64,000 nt of DNA from NCBI GenBank assembly GCA_014384555.1, contig JACNFR010000055.1, positions 7,240 to 71,239 on the forward strand. The letters are read 5' to 3'. Numbering within the stretch: position 1 is the stretch's first letter; each line of letters begins with the position of its first letter. This stretch comes from Nitrosopumilus sp. GTDB lineage: Archaea; Thermoproteota; Nitrososphaeria; Nitrososphaerales; Nitrosopumilaceae. Made by a program: the position numbers and the translations under genes. Positions 17,548 to 25,470 of the stretch are shown piece by piece. Below the pieces are notes generated by a model that was not told where the DNA came from, did no database searches, and saw only the letters and a program-made list of their open reading frames with translations.

Positions 17548-18570
17548 TTAATTGCTGATCCAACCTAATTTCTTAAAATATGCAAACATCATGATTGCAG
17601 GAATTGCTGATGCAATAATTACAAAAATGAATGTTGAAAATGGCCCTAAAACCATTGGATTGTTTCCAATCCCTCCTGGTAAATCAACATTCATTCCATA
17701 AAATGTACCGATTACGGTTGATGGAATTGCTAATGTGAAAATTATCGTCAAGACTGCAAGAACTTTGTTTGTTTTCTCAGTACTTAATACAAAGTCCGTA
17801 TCTTTGTAAATTTCCATAGTTTCTCTTGATTCTTCTAATGTTTCAATCACTTTGTCTATGTGGTCAATTACATCATCATAATACAATGTAAGCTCATCAT
17901 CACCACTTCCTGAAAATCCTTTAACATTTTTTGCTATTTCTAAAACAAATTTCTTTAATGGGTTTGCTATTCTTCTTAATCTGTTAATTTCTCTTCTAAG
18001 CAAAGCAATACTTCTTGCTACTGGTTTTGTTTCATCAAAAACCCTATCTTCAATTTCATCTAAATTTGCAATAATCTTTCTTGATATGTGTAACAGATCA
18101 TCTACTAACACATCTAATATTTCATGAAGCAATAATCCTGAAGATCTTCCTAATAGTCTATTTTTTCTTTGCTGGTCTGAATTTGATTTACAAATATCCA
18201 CTAATTCTACTAATGGTTTAAGATCTCCTTGATGAACCGTAACTAGGAAGTCTTTTCCTATGAATATTGATAATTGACTATTTTTTGATATTCCTATCTT
18301 TTGTGACAATGGTGGAAAATGAAGAATTACAAAGAAATGGTCATCATATCTATCTAATTTTGGAAGCTCAAATTTGGTCATACAATCTTCAATGTTTAAT
18401 GCATTGAAATTATATTTTTCAGCTAATTTTTCAACATCTTTTCTATCGGGATTTTGCAAATCAATCCATACAAATTTTTCACCCTGGATTGTTTCTATCT
18501 TATTTTCAATAGGATTCTCTGCTATTTTTTTACTAGAACGTAGCCTATTTGTGATGAATCCCTTTCTCAT
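17548..18570 (-). CDS. corA: CorA-family magnesium/cobalt transporter
   Basis: 340 aa with a cytoplasmic N-domain and two C-terminal TM helices bearing the YGMNV (GMN) motif. Confidence 0.9.
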   Translation of the reverse strand: MRKGFITNRLRSSKKIAENPIENKIETIQGEKFVWIDLQNPDRKDVEKLAEKYNFNALNIEDCMTKFELPKLDRYDDHFFVILHFPPLSQKIGISKNSQLSIFIGKDFLVTVHQGDLKPLVELVDICKSNSDQQRKNRLLGRSSGLLLHEILDVLVDDLLHISRKIIANLDEIEDRVFDETKPVARSIALLRREINRLRRIANPLKKFVLEIAKNVKGFSGSGDDELTLYYDDVIDHIDKVIETLEESRETMEIYKDTDFVLSTEKTNKVLAVLTIIFTLAIPSTVIGTFYGMNVDLPGGIGNNPMVLGPFSTFIFVIIASAIPAIMMFAYFKKLGWISN

Positions 18571-18852
18571 GTCGAAAAATACCCTAATACAACAAATTTA
18601 AAGCGATCGCTATGATGAAATCAAAATTAACTTTTCATTATTGAATTGAGGCTAATCTGATTTGATTAAAGAATTCATTGTACCCATGGGAGAAAATAGT
18701 TTGTACCTACCCAAACAAGTCCTATGGATATTGCCATTGCAATCCACCATTTTCGCATATATGAATACTAACCTAGTCAATAATAAATCTACAGTCTGAT
18801 TTTCAACAAAATCTTAAAGATTATTACTGGATGAACAAGTTTCTTTTTTTGT

Positions 18853-18925
18853 GGCCTTCGTAGTACAGTGGTTAGTATAGAGGATTGTGGATCCTCGGAC
18901 AGGAGTTCGATTCCCCTCGAGGGCC
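18853..18925 (+). tRNA. tRNA-His (anticodon GUG) with genome-encoded G-1
   Basis: Acceptor GCCTTCG/CGAGGGC (one G-U), an extra 5' G opposite discriminator C, anticodon arm GAGGA-TTGTGGA-TCCTC. The T stem has one A-C mismatch. Confidence 0.85.
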
Positions 18926-19006
18926 TCTTTAAATTAGTTTAAGCCCCTTCCTCTCATCCCAGATTCATGATAATAGTATAAATTCTAAAAAAAACACTCT
19001 ATAATA

Positions 19007-19441
19007 TTGAAAAAGATTTTAATTCCTTTTGATGGTTCTGAATTCTCACAAAAAGCATTTGAGAAGGGATTAGAGATTGCAGAAAAATTTGAATCACAAC
19101 TAATAGTTTTGACTGTAATACAATCAAAAATATCTGATTCGGCAGGGATCTCTCTTGAAAGACTACAGGAAATTCAGGATGAAGAAGAGGATGTTGCTAC
19201 TACATTACTTAAGAAATTAGAAAATCAAGTAAATGCCAAAAACGTCTCCTTTTCAATGAAGATAATTCACAACCCTTCAACTCCTGATGGAATTATTGTC
19301 TTTGCAGAAAGTAATAATGTGGATCTGATTGTAATTGGCTCTCATGGGAGAACGGGTTTTAGAAAACTTGTATTGGGAAGTGTTACAAATGGAGTACTTT
19401 CACATGCAAAATGTCCTGTTCTTGTTACTAAAGGAGCATAA
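19007..19441 (+). CDS. universal stress protein (UspA family)
   Basis: 144 aa with KKILIPFDGSEFS and DLIVIGSHGRTGFRKLVLGSVTNGVLSHAKCPVLV (the G-x2-G-x9-G-S nucleotide-binding motif). Apparent TTG start. Confidence 0.85.
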   Translation: MKKILIPFDGSEFSQKAFEKGLEIAEKFESQLIVLTVIQSKISDSAGISLERLQEIQDEEEDVATTLLKKLENQVNAKNVSFSMKIIHNPSTPDGIIVFAESNNVDLIVIGSHGRTGFRKLVLGSVTNGVLSHAKCPVLVTKGA

Positions 19442-19474
19442 CAACAAATAGAGAACTTGTGGTGAACTAGTAAT

Positions 19475-19915
19475 ATGACATTTCAAAAAATAGCTGTTGC
19501 AATCATTACTCCTACTCACACAAAAAAATCCTTTGAACTTGGCCTTGAAATGGCTAAAAAATTTGATTCAGAATTAACTGTGATAGAATGTATGTATAAA
19601 ACTCCTCCAAAGTTTTATTTTTTTGAAACAAAGTCAGATAAAAAAACAACACAAAATCAGATTTCAAAACTTAAAACAGAATTAGAAAACTGGAAGAAAA
19701 TTGCACATAAACAAGAAGTTCCAATTAAGACAAAATTGGCATTGACTGACAATATATCACATTGGGTAGTTGATTATGTTAAAGACAATAAGATTGATTT
19801 GTTAATTGTGGACTATCCAAAACTATCCATGGAAGAAATAACGCTTTTCGATGACATTATTAATGTAATTCATCACAAATCTCGCTGCCACCTATTAACG
19901 ACTAAACCCTCATAG
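19475..19915 (+). CDS. divergent universal stress protein-like paralogue (nucleotide-binding motif lost)
   Basis: 146 aa, same length and layout as Usp (KIAVAI..., DLLIVDYPK..., CHLLTTK), but the glycine-rich ATP motif is absent. Confidence 0.6.
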   Translation: MTFQKIAVAIITPTHTKKSFELGLEMAKKFDSELTVIECMYKTPPKFYFFETKSDKKTTQNQISKLKTELENWKKIAHKQEVPIKTKLALTDNISHWVVDYVKDNKIDLLIVDYPKLSMEEITLFDDIINVIHHKSRCHLLTTKPS

Positions 19916-20043
19916 ATTCTAATTTTTAAGAGACCTGAACTAAAACAATAATTCCCTTTGAATGGCTGAAAACGGGTCAACCTTCTAAGAATTCAATTCA
20001 AAATCGAGATCATTCTTAATTCTAAGTTTGTTTTGAATGTATT

Positions 20044-20154
20044 ATGGCTTTTACTAGATGTGGCAAATGTGGAGAACTTAGATTTGATGGAAAAATTAAC
20101 CTTTGTGCAAATTGTGGCCATCGAATTACAAAGATTGCTAAAACGTTTGAGTGA
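20044..20154 (+). CDS. 36-aa zinc-ribbon mini-protein (below the ORF-track cut-off)
   Basis: My translation: MAFTRCGKCGELRFDGKINLCANCGHRITKIAKTFE. Two CxxC knuckles are 11 residues apart. The track ORFs here (19993..20199 minus, 20033..20218 plus) are in other frames and look like shadows. Confidence 0.4.
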   Translation: MAFTRCGKCGELRFDGKINLCANCGHRITKIAKTFE

Positions 20155-20227
20155 AATTAATTTTCTACAAATACAGTTCAAACTCTTGCGGATTAACATT
20201 AATTTACTATATTTTTAGGAAGAAAAC

Positions 20228-20416
20228 ATGACAAGTTATGCAGCACAAGTGAATACAATTCACAAAAAATTTACCAATGCAATGAAAAAGGCAAAAACAA
20301 AACAGGCCCTAAACAAAGCATACAGCACACACAAAAAAGATCATGAAAGATTGCTCAAAAAACATCTGGCTGAAGAAATAAGAGATATTAAAAAAGCCAA
20401 AGCAAAACTAGACTGA
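20228..20416 (+). CDS. 62-aa lysine-rich helical protein, unknown function
   Basis: ATG start with GGAAG upstream. About one-quarter Lys and no recognisable family. Confidence 0.4.
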   Translation: MTSYAAQVNTIHKKFTNAMKKAKTKQALNKAYSTHKKDHERLLKKHLAEEIRDIKKAKAKLD

Positions 20417-20450
20417 ACAATTTTTTCATTTATTTTTTATATTGGTGGAT

Positions 20451-20700
20451 CTATTTTACTATCAGGACTGGAGTGTTTGCTTTTTGTATGATCTCTCGTG
20501 CAACACTTCCAAAATAATTTGAAGCATCTCCCATTCCTCTTGAACCCATAACTATGAGATTAATTTCATTTTTTTAATACATCATTTAAAACTCTAGAGA
20601 AACTAACATGAGTTAAATCTGCATTGATTTGTTTTAATTATTTTTCATGAAGTTTTTTCAAAAGATCTTCAACAATCACTATTGTGATTTGTTTCCCCAT
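20451..20700 (-). pseudogene. decayed universal stress protein gene (multiple frameshifts/stops)
   Basis: Minus-strand translation gives three fragments in different frames: MGKQITIVIVEDLLKKLHEK*, QINADLTHVSFSRVLNDVLKK* and EINLIVMGSRGMGDASNYFGSVAREIIQKANTPVLIVK*. The last is a clear Usp C-terminus. The breaks coincide with A-runs. Confidence 0.55.
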
Positions 20701-20842
20701 GAAACAATTTAACATTTTTCTCTTTTATACTGTCTGTAATTTCTTTTCATTCCTATCTACGTCTATTTCTATCTCAAAAAAGACGATTGAATTCACTAAG
20801 ATTTAATATGAATTGAGATTATTTAGGAAAAAATAGAATTTA

Positions 20843-21841
20843 TTATTTTAACAACAAAAATCCCAATAAAATACTCAATCCGATAAAAATGCTTATTGTA
20901 ATTATCATGTGTTGCTGAGCTTTTTCTTTTTCGTAAAACTTTCTAGGAGTGACACCCCCAATAAAGAAAACAACCATCATTCCTAAAACCAATCCTATGA
21001 TGTTTGCAGCAGTTAGAGTTAGGGCACTTGAAAAAATATCAAAATCCCATAATGCAATTCCGATTCCAGCCACGGCAGCAGGAGGGACTAAGGCGGCTGC
21101 TATTGCTACGCCTACCAAAATTCCTGGGATGTTTGTAGACATTGCAATGCCTCCAGCCAATCCTAGTGCTATTGCCACTGCTAAGAATACTGGAGAAACT
21201 ACAGTTCTAGATAATATTTCATCTGTTAATGGTAAATCAACGAACTGTATTGTAATTCCTGTTAAAATAGCCCCCGTTGCAACAACTGAAGCAAGTAAAA
21301 TCAATCCTGAGAATAGTGCTTTGAGCATTTTGTCCGTCTTACCTACGGCGGTGTTAAATGAGAAAGCAGAAATCGGTCCAAGCAAAGGTGAAATCAACAT
21401 TGCACCAATAACTAAAGATGCATTGTTTGCAAAGACTCCTGCAGTAGCAACTCCTGCAGCTATCACTATCATGAAAAGAAGATTTTTGTTGAATTTTACA
21501 TTTGGCTCTATCAGGGATTCGTATTCTTCAATCAGTTTTTTCTTTTTTACTTTGACTTGTTTTGTTTCAAGTTCTTTTGTATAGTTTGAAAGATAATCTG
21601 ATAACGTGGCTTCAATTGCAAAACTAGTAACATACAGATCTTTTGTTCTAGTATCTATGATTTTATTTAATTCGTTAGTTAATCCATTTGCCAATGAATC
21701 AGGACATATTCCTGTGTAGCGTATCAATCTTTCATTTTCAGACATTGTTAATTCTGAATGAAATGGAATTTTGTATTTTTTAAAAGTGAATTCTATACTT
21801 TGGCTTTGTTGGTCATAACAAATAACTTCAATTTTCCTCAA
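20843..21841 (-). CDS. DUF389-family integral membrane protein
   Basis: 332 aa with a soluble N-domain followed by multiple TM helices containing MLISPLLGPI, characteristic of DUF389/TIGR00341. Apparent TTG start. Confidence 0.7.
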   Translation of the reverse strand: MRKIEVICYDQQSQSIEFTFKKYKIPFHSELTMSENERLIRYTGICPDSLANGLTNELNKIIDTRTKDLYVTSFAIEATLSDYLSNYTKELETKQVKVKKKKLIEEYESLIEPNVKFNKNLLFMIVIAAGVATAGVFANNASLVIGAMLISPLLGPISAFSFNTAVGKTDKMLKALFSGLILLASVVATGAILTGITIQFVDLPLTDEILSRTVVSPVFLAVAIALGLAGGIAMSTNIPGILVGVAIAAALVPPAAVAGIGIALWDFDIFSSALTLTAANIIGLVLGMMVVFFIGGVTPRKFYEKEKAQQHMIITISIFIGLSILLGFLLLK

Positions 21842-21912
21842 ATCTATCTAATCTGATTGAATTATTGTTTAATGAAGTATTCGTTATTGCAATGAAGACA
21901 GTTTTTAAAAAT

Positions 21913-21971
21913 CGTGGATTTGAACCTAAATTTAGGGCCTTGAACTAACTTGACAAGTCACCTCGATGACC
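21913..21971 (-). other. tRNA-like relic (decayed tRNA-Glu-like sequence)
   Basis: The minus-strand RNA reads GGTCATCGAGGTGACTTGTCAAGTTAGTTCAAGGCCCTAAATTTAGGTTCAAATCCACG. It shares the GGTTCAAATCC T-loop block, TTCAAGGC (anticodon loop/stem) and GTCAAG (D loop) with the tRNA-Glu at 3528-3606, but the stems no longer pair and the 3' acceptor strand is missing. Confidence 0.3.
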
Positions 21972-21981
21972 TTCTTTTGTT

Positions 21982-22350
21982 TTAAAAAATGCCAAACTTG
22001 CTTGATTCCATCTCTTCTTTGATGGCTAGTTTGAATCTGGGTGATTTAGATTCTATATTTTTTGTAACCCATGTCAAAAATTTCTTATCTGTATTTTTTC
22101 CTTTCAACTTCTCAAAATCTGCTCCCATCATTTCAGATAATTTTTCAATCAAAGATTTATTCACGCTCAATACAAAAAAGTGCCAACCAAAAGCAAATTC
22201 CGAATCTGTCATTGCAAAATCTTCTTTTCCATGAACCATTTCTTCTAAAAGTGACAATTGATGAGTTAACGCCTTACTAGTTTTATCATAATCTATTGCG
22301 GAAACATTGATGTTTAATCTGCTCTCCATGTTTTGTTTGCACAAAAACAA
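21982..22350 (-). CDS. hypothetical protein (122 aa; the start may be Met8 at 22329)
   Basis: Hydrophilic E/K-rich composition typical of real genes in this window. No family recognised. Confidence 0.5.
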   Translation of the reverse strand: MFLCKQNMESRLNINVSAIDYDKTSKALTHQLSLLEEMVHGKEDFAMTDSEFAFGWHFFVLSVNKSLIEKLSEMMGADFEKLKGKNTDKKFLTWVTKNIESKSPRFKLAIKEEMESSKFGIF

Positions 22351-22369
22351 AATAAAAGGATTACATAAG

Positions 22370-23131
22370 TTATTCTTTTAATAGATATTCAAAATCTATG
22401 TCAAAATGCATTTTCATTATATTGATGTATGTTTTAATGGATTCTGGAATTTCATTTCCACATACAACTCCTAGTTTTTTTGCATTTATCCAAATTATCA
22501 AAGTTTGTATAATTGTTAAAAATCGATCATTTTTAATTTCTGGTGATCCAATGGCTTTGGTATATCTTTCAGCAAATTCCCAGGCTGTGACAAAATCAAT
22601 ACATTTTACACCAAAAATTGCGAGTAATTGTTCTTGCATGCTTTCTGCTTTTTTGAACGGAACTTTATTCATAATATATGGAAAATCTACTTTATCTGGA
22701 AGGCAATCTGGAAGAGGTCCCCAAATTGTAATTATTTTTGTTTCAGGTTTTAATTTTTCAAATTTATCCATCATTTTATTAATTACATTCTCATCTGTAA
22801 ACCAAAACAAAATCACTGAAGCTTCTGTGATATCTGATTCTTCTATTTTTTCACATTTTAATTCTGCATTCATTTTTTTATCTTTTAGATTTTTTTTTGT
22901 ACGTTCTATTTTTTCTAAATTATTATCAATCCCTACTGCTTTATTCACTTTAAATTCATTAATAGCTATTTCAATTCCTTTTTCATCATTACATCCTAAA
23001 TGATAAAAAATATCATCTTCACCTAAATCTACAAATTTAAAAATATCTCTAAATGATTTTTCATGCAACTGAACATCTTCACCACTAAGTAAATTATTTG
23101 GAAGTGTTTCTAAATATTCTTCAATTTTCAT
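22370..23131 (-). CDS. hypothetical protein with a Rossmann/methyltransferase-like N-terminal half
   Basis: 253 aa. DIFYHLGCNDEKGIEIAI...AVGIDNN resembles class I methyltransferase motifs I/II with an insertion in the glycine loop. The C-terminal half is unrecognised. Confidence 0.5.
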   Translation of the reverse strand: MKIEEYLETLPNNLLSGEDVQLHEKSFRDIFKFVDLGEDDIFYHLGCNDEKGIEIAINEFKVNKAVGIDNNLEKIERTKKNLKDKKMNAELKCEKIEESDITEASVILFWFTDENVINKMMDKFEKLKPETKIITIWGPLPDCLPDKVDFPYIMNKVPFKKAESMQEQLLAIFGVKCIDFVTAWEFAERYTKAIGSPEIKNDRFLTIIQTLIIWINAKKLGVVCGNEIPESIKTYINIMKMHFDIDFEYLLKE

Positions 23132-23156
23132 TATTACTAGTACTTTAAACGAGAAT

Positions 23157-23426
23157 TTATTCTCTTATGCTTTCCAATTTTGAAACTGCTTGCCATAATT
23201 GTGTTCTGACGTATGAAGGCATGTTTGGATCTTGTGTTACATCATCTAGTAGACTAATTGTATTTGCTGCTCTAACTGATAATGAATATTCTGGATTCTT
23301 CAGATCTGTAATTAAATCTGTAATTGATTTTTTAATTGTCTTTGGTGTTGAATTGCTTGAAGTAATTTGTTCTAATGTTTCAATTGCTTCTTTCATTGAT
23401 TCTTTATTTTGAGCGCCGTTAACCAT
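23157..23426 (-). CDS. UPF0147 family protein
   Basis: 89 aa. SVRAANTISLLDDVTQDPNMPSYVRTQLWQAVSKLE matches my memory of the archaeal UPF0147 signature (VRAA...DPNMP...RT.(I/L)W). Confidence 0.65.
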   Translation of the reverse strand: MVNGAQNKESMKEAIETLEQITSSNSTPKTIKKSITDLITDLKNPEYSLSVRAANTISLLDDVTQDPNMPSYVRTQLWQAVSKLESIRE

Positions 23427-23461
23427 TTTTACACCTTTTCTTAAAAAATAGAAGTATATAG

Positions 23462-23770
23462 TTACATCTCTACAAAGACATTGTCTGATTCTACGACAAC
23501 GTTGTATGATGTTAAATCTCTAATTTTTGCTGGAAATTTAATTAATTTTCCAGTTTTACAATCAAATTCCGCTGCATGCCATCCACACGTAATAGTACAA
23601 CCCTCTAACTTTCCTTCTGATAAACTTGAACCTGAATGTGTACATGAATCGTCTGTAGCACAATATTCTCCATTGATATTTGCAACTAAAATGTCTCTGC
23701 CATCAATTGATACTTTGATCATTTTTCCCGGTTGAATGTCTGAAGTTTTTCCAGCTATAATTTTTCCCAA
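23462..23770 (-). CDS. Rieske [2Fe-2S] domain protein (ferredoxin-like, stand-alone)
   Basis: 102 aa with CTHSG and CGWHAAEF (C-x-H ... C-x2-H). Confidence 0.8.
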   Translation of the reverse strand: MGKIIAGKTSDIQPGKMIKVSIDGRDILVANINGEYCATDDSCTHSGSSLSEGKLEGCTITCGWHAAEFDCKTGKLIKFPAKIRDLTSYNVVVESDNVFVEM

Positions 23771-23812
23771 TGATGTTTTTATCTAATCATTCTTAATAAT
23801 TTTTTGTATATT

Positions 23813-24598
23813 ATGAAGATAACAGTTAGAGATGCAAGTAATTTGGATAAAATTCCAATTTTAAAATTTTGCAAAAATACTTTCTCTTGGGGGGATTATG
23901 TTGAACATGTTTGGGATTCTTGGTTATCTGAAGGTAATTTGTTTTTAGCTCAAAAACAATCTCCTGTTGGAATTTGTCATGCTTTTTATTCAAAATCTCA
24001 AATTTGGATAGAAGGAATTCGAATCGATCCAAATTTCCGTCGTCAGAATATTGCATCTAAACTAGTAAAACATGCTGAAACCATCGGAAAGAAAAAAAAA
24101 TTATTTCTTTCTTATATGCTAATAGATACTGAAAATTTTGAATCTTTATCTTTGGCAAGTTCTCTAAATTATGATATTTTCCAAACTTGGAATTTCTATT
24201 CACTAGAACCAAAAATGAATTTGAACTATGATGTTACATATGAAAAATCTCTTAATTGCCAATTTTATTTTCATTATGTAAAATCTTGGAGATGGCTTCC
24301 AATTGATAATGAAACACTGACCTCTTTTTATGATGAAAATCGTATTGTAAAATCTTGTGTGAATGGTGAATCTTCTATTGCATTTCTTACTGATTCTGAA
24401 CATTTTGATAAAACTTTGATTGTTACTTTGTTTTCAAATTCAAATGATTCTGCATTGAACCTTATTTCATTTTTGCAAAATTTTGGTATTGAACAAAACT
24501 ATGAACGAATTCAAATTTTAACTAGAGAAAAATTACCCAATTTTAATTCATTAGAATATAAAATCTCATTTAATTTAATGAAAAAATCTTTGACCTAA
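23813..24598 (+). CDS. GNAT-family N-acetyltransferase with C-terminal extension
   Basis: IEGIRIDPNFRRQNIASKLVKHAE acetyl-CoA motif. The first ATG is at 23813; the track ORF begins at TTG 23804. Confidence 0.7.
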   Translation: MKITVRDASNLDKIPILKFCKNTFSWGDYVEHVWDSWLSEGNLFLAQKQSPVGICHAFYSKSQIWIEGIRIDPNFRRQNIASKLVKHAETIGKKKKLFLSYMLIDTENFESLSLASSLNYDIFQTWNFYSLEPKMNLNYDVTYEKSLNCQFYFHYVKSWRWLPIDNETLTSFYDENRIVKSCVNGESSIAFLTDSEHFDKTLIVTLFSNSNDSALNLISFLQNFGIEQNYERIQILTREKLPNFNSLEYKISFNLMKKSLT

Positions 24599-25467
24599 TC
24601 TGATTTTACAATTTTAATTGTATTATTTAAAATTCCTAAATTTTCAATTTCCATTTCTACTTTATCACCATCTTTTAAAAATACTGCATTTGGTTTATTC
24701 AACATAACTCCTGCTGGCGTTCCTGTAGAAATGATGTCTCCTTTCTCCAATGTCATTACTTTGGAAATTTTTGAAACAATTTCTGGAATTTTAATAAACA
24801 TATTACTTGATGAGGAATTTTGTCTTAGTTCGCCATTAACTTTTGTAGTCATTTTTAGATTTTGGGGGTCTTTAATTTCATCTTTTGTTGTTATCCATGG
24901 CCCACACGGTGCAAAAGAATCAAAACTTTTTCCTCTTGTGAATTGTTTATCCTTGAATTGAATATCTCTTGCAGAAACATCATTGAATACCATGTAGCCA
25001 AATATTGCATTATGAGCATTTTCCACGCTAATATTCTTACAATTTTTTCCTATAATCAAGGCTAATTCTATTTCATAATCCAATTGCGTAACAAAATCTG
25101 GGCATACAATATCTGAATTTGTACTGTTTAATGCAGTTCGTGGTTTGATTACGATGGCAGGATCCTCTGGTGCTTGCAATCCTTGTTCTTTTGCGTGGTC
25201 TACATAGTTAAATGCTAAACAAATGATTTTGTTTGGGTTTGGAATTGGTGGCAATAATTTAAATTTTGAAAGTTTTTCTTCATATGGTAAATCTTTGATT
25301 TTATTTTTTATTTCATCATACCATCCATCAAAAAGAAAATCTTTTACATTTTGAGGAATTGGTACTCCTGTTAAGAAAGTAATTTCATCTTTCGTAGATA
25401 CCTTATCTCCATTAACAAAACCATATGTTTCATTATTATCATGTAATAGTCGTGCTATCTTCATCAT
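24595..25467 (-). CDS. fumarylacetoacetate hydrolase (FAH) family protein
   Basis: 290 aa with DYEIELALIIGK, GYMVFNDVSARDIQ and GDIISTGTPAGV. Confidence 0.85.
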   Translation of the reverse strand: MMKIARLLHDNNETYGFVNGDKVSTKDEITFLTGVPIPQNVKDFLFDGWYDEIKNKIKDLPYEEKLSKFKLLPPIPNPNKIICLAFNYVDHAKEQGLQAPEDPAIVIKPRTALNSTNSDIVCPDFVTQLDYEIELALIIGKNCKNISVENAHNAIFGYMVFNDVSARDIQFKDKQFTRGKSFDSFAPCGPWITTKDEIKDPQNLKMTTKVNGELRQNSSSSNMFIKIPEIVSKISKVMTLEKGDIISTGTPAGVMLNKPNAVFLKDGDKVEMEIENLGILNNTIKIVKSD

Positions 25468-25470
25468 CGA

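Noticed and set aside
18612-18660. Second C/D box-like element: perfect C box ATGATGA and a CTGA 38 nt downstream
   Set aside because: There are no convincing internal D'/C' boxes and no terminal stem, and the total length is only 49 nt. It could still be a degenerate sRNA, but the evidence is weaker than for 4477..4540.
18675-18758. 27-aa minus-strand ORF MRKWWIAMAISIGLVWVGTNYFLPWVQ (single TM helix)
   Set aside because: It is too short and featureless to call without conservation or expression data.
20949-21584. 211-aa plus-strand ORF antisense to the DUF389 gene. Similar long antisense ORFs: 4550..4852, 5222..5728, 9611..9994, 22398..23003, 25925..26347, 57962..58414, 61609..62004
   Set aside because: All lie entirely inside well-supported genes on the other strand and have shadow-frame composition (S/F/I/L/P-rich, no recognisable motifs). 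I treat them as non-coding.
19916-24598. Possibility that the tRNA-His-proximal segment (usp genes, small ORFs, pseudogene, tRNA-like relic, hypotheticals) is an integrated mobile element
   Set aside because: No integrase, direct repeat of the tRNA-His 3' end or phage/plasmid gene is visible. The tRNA-like relic resembles tRNA-Glu, not tRNA-His. It is better described as a less conserved chromosomal stretch.
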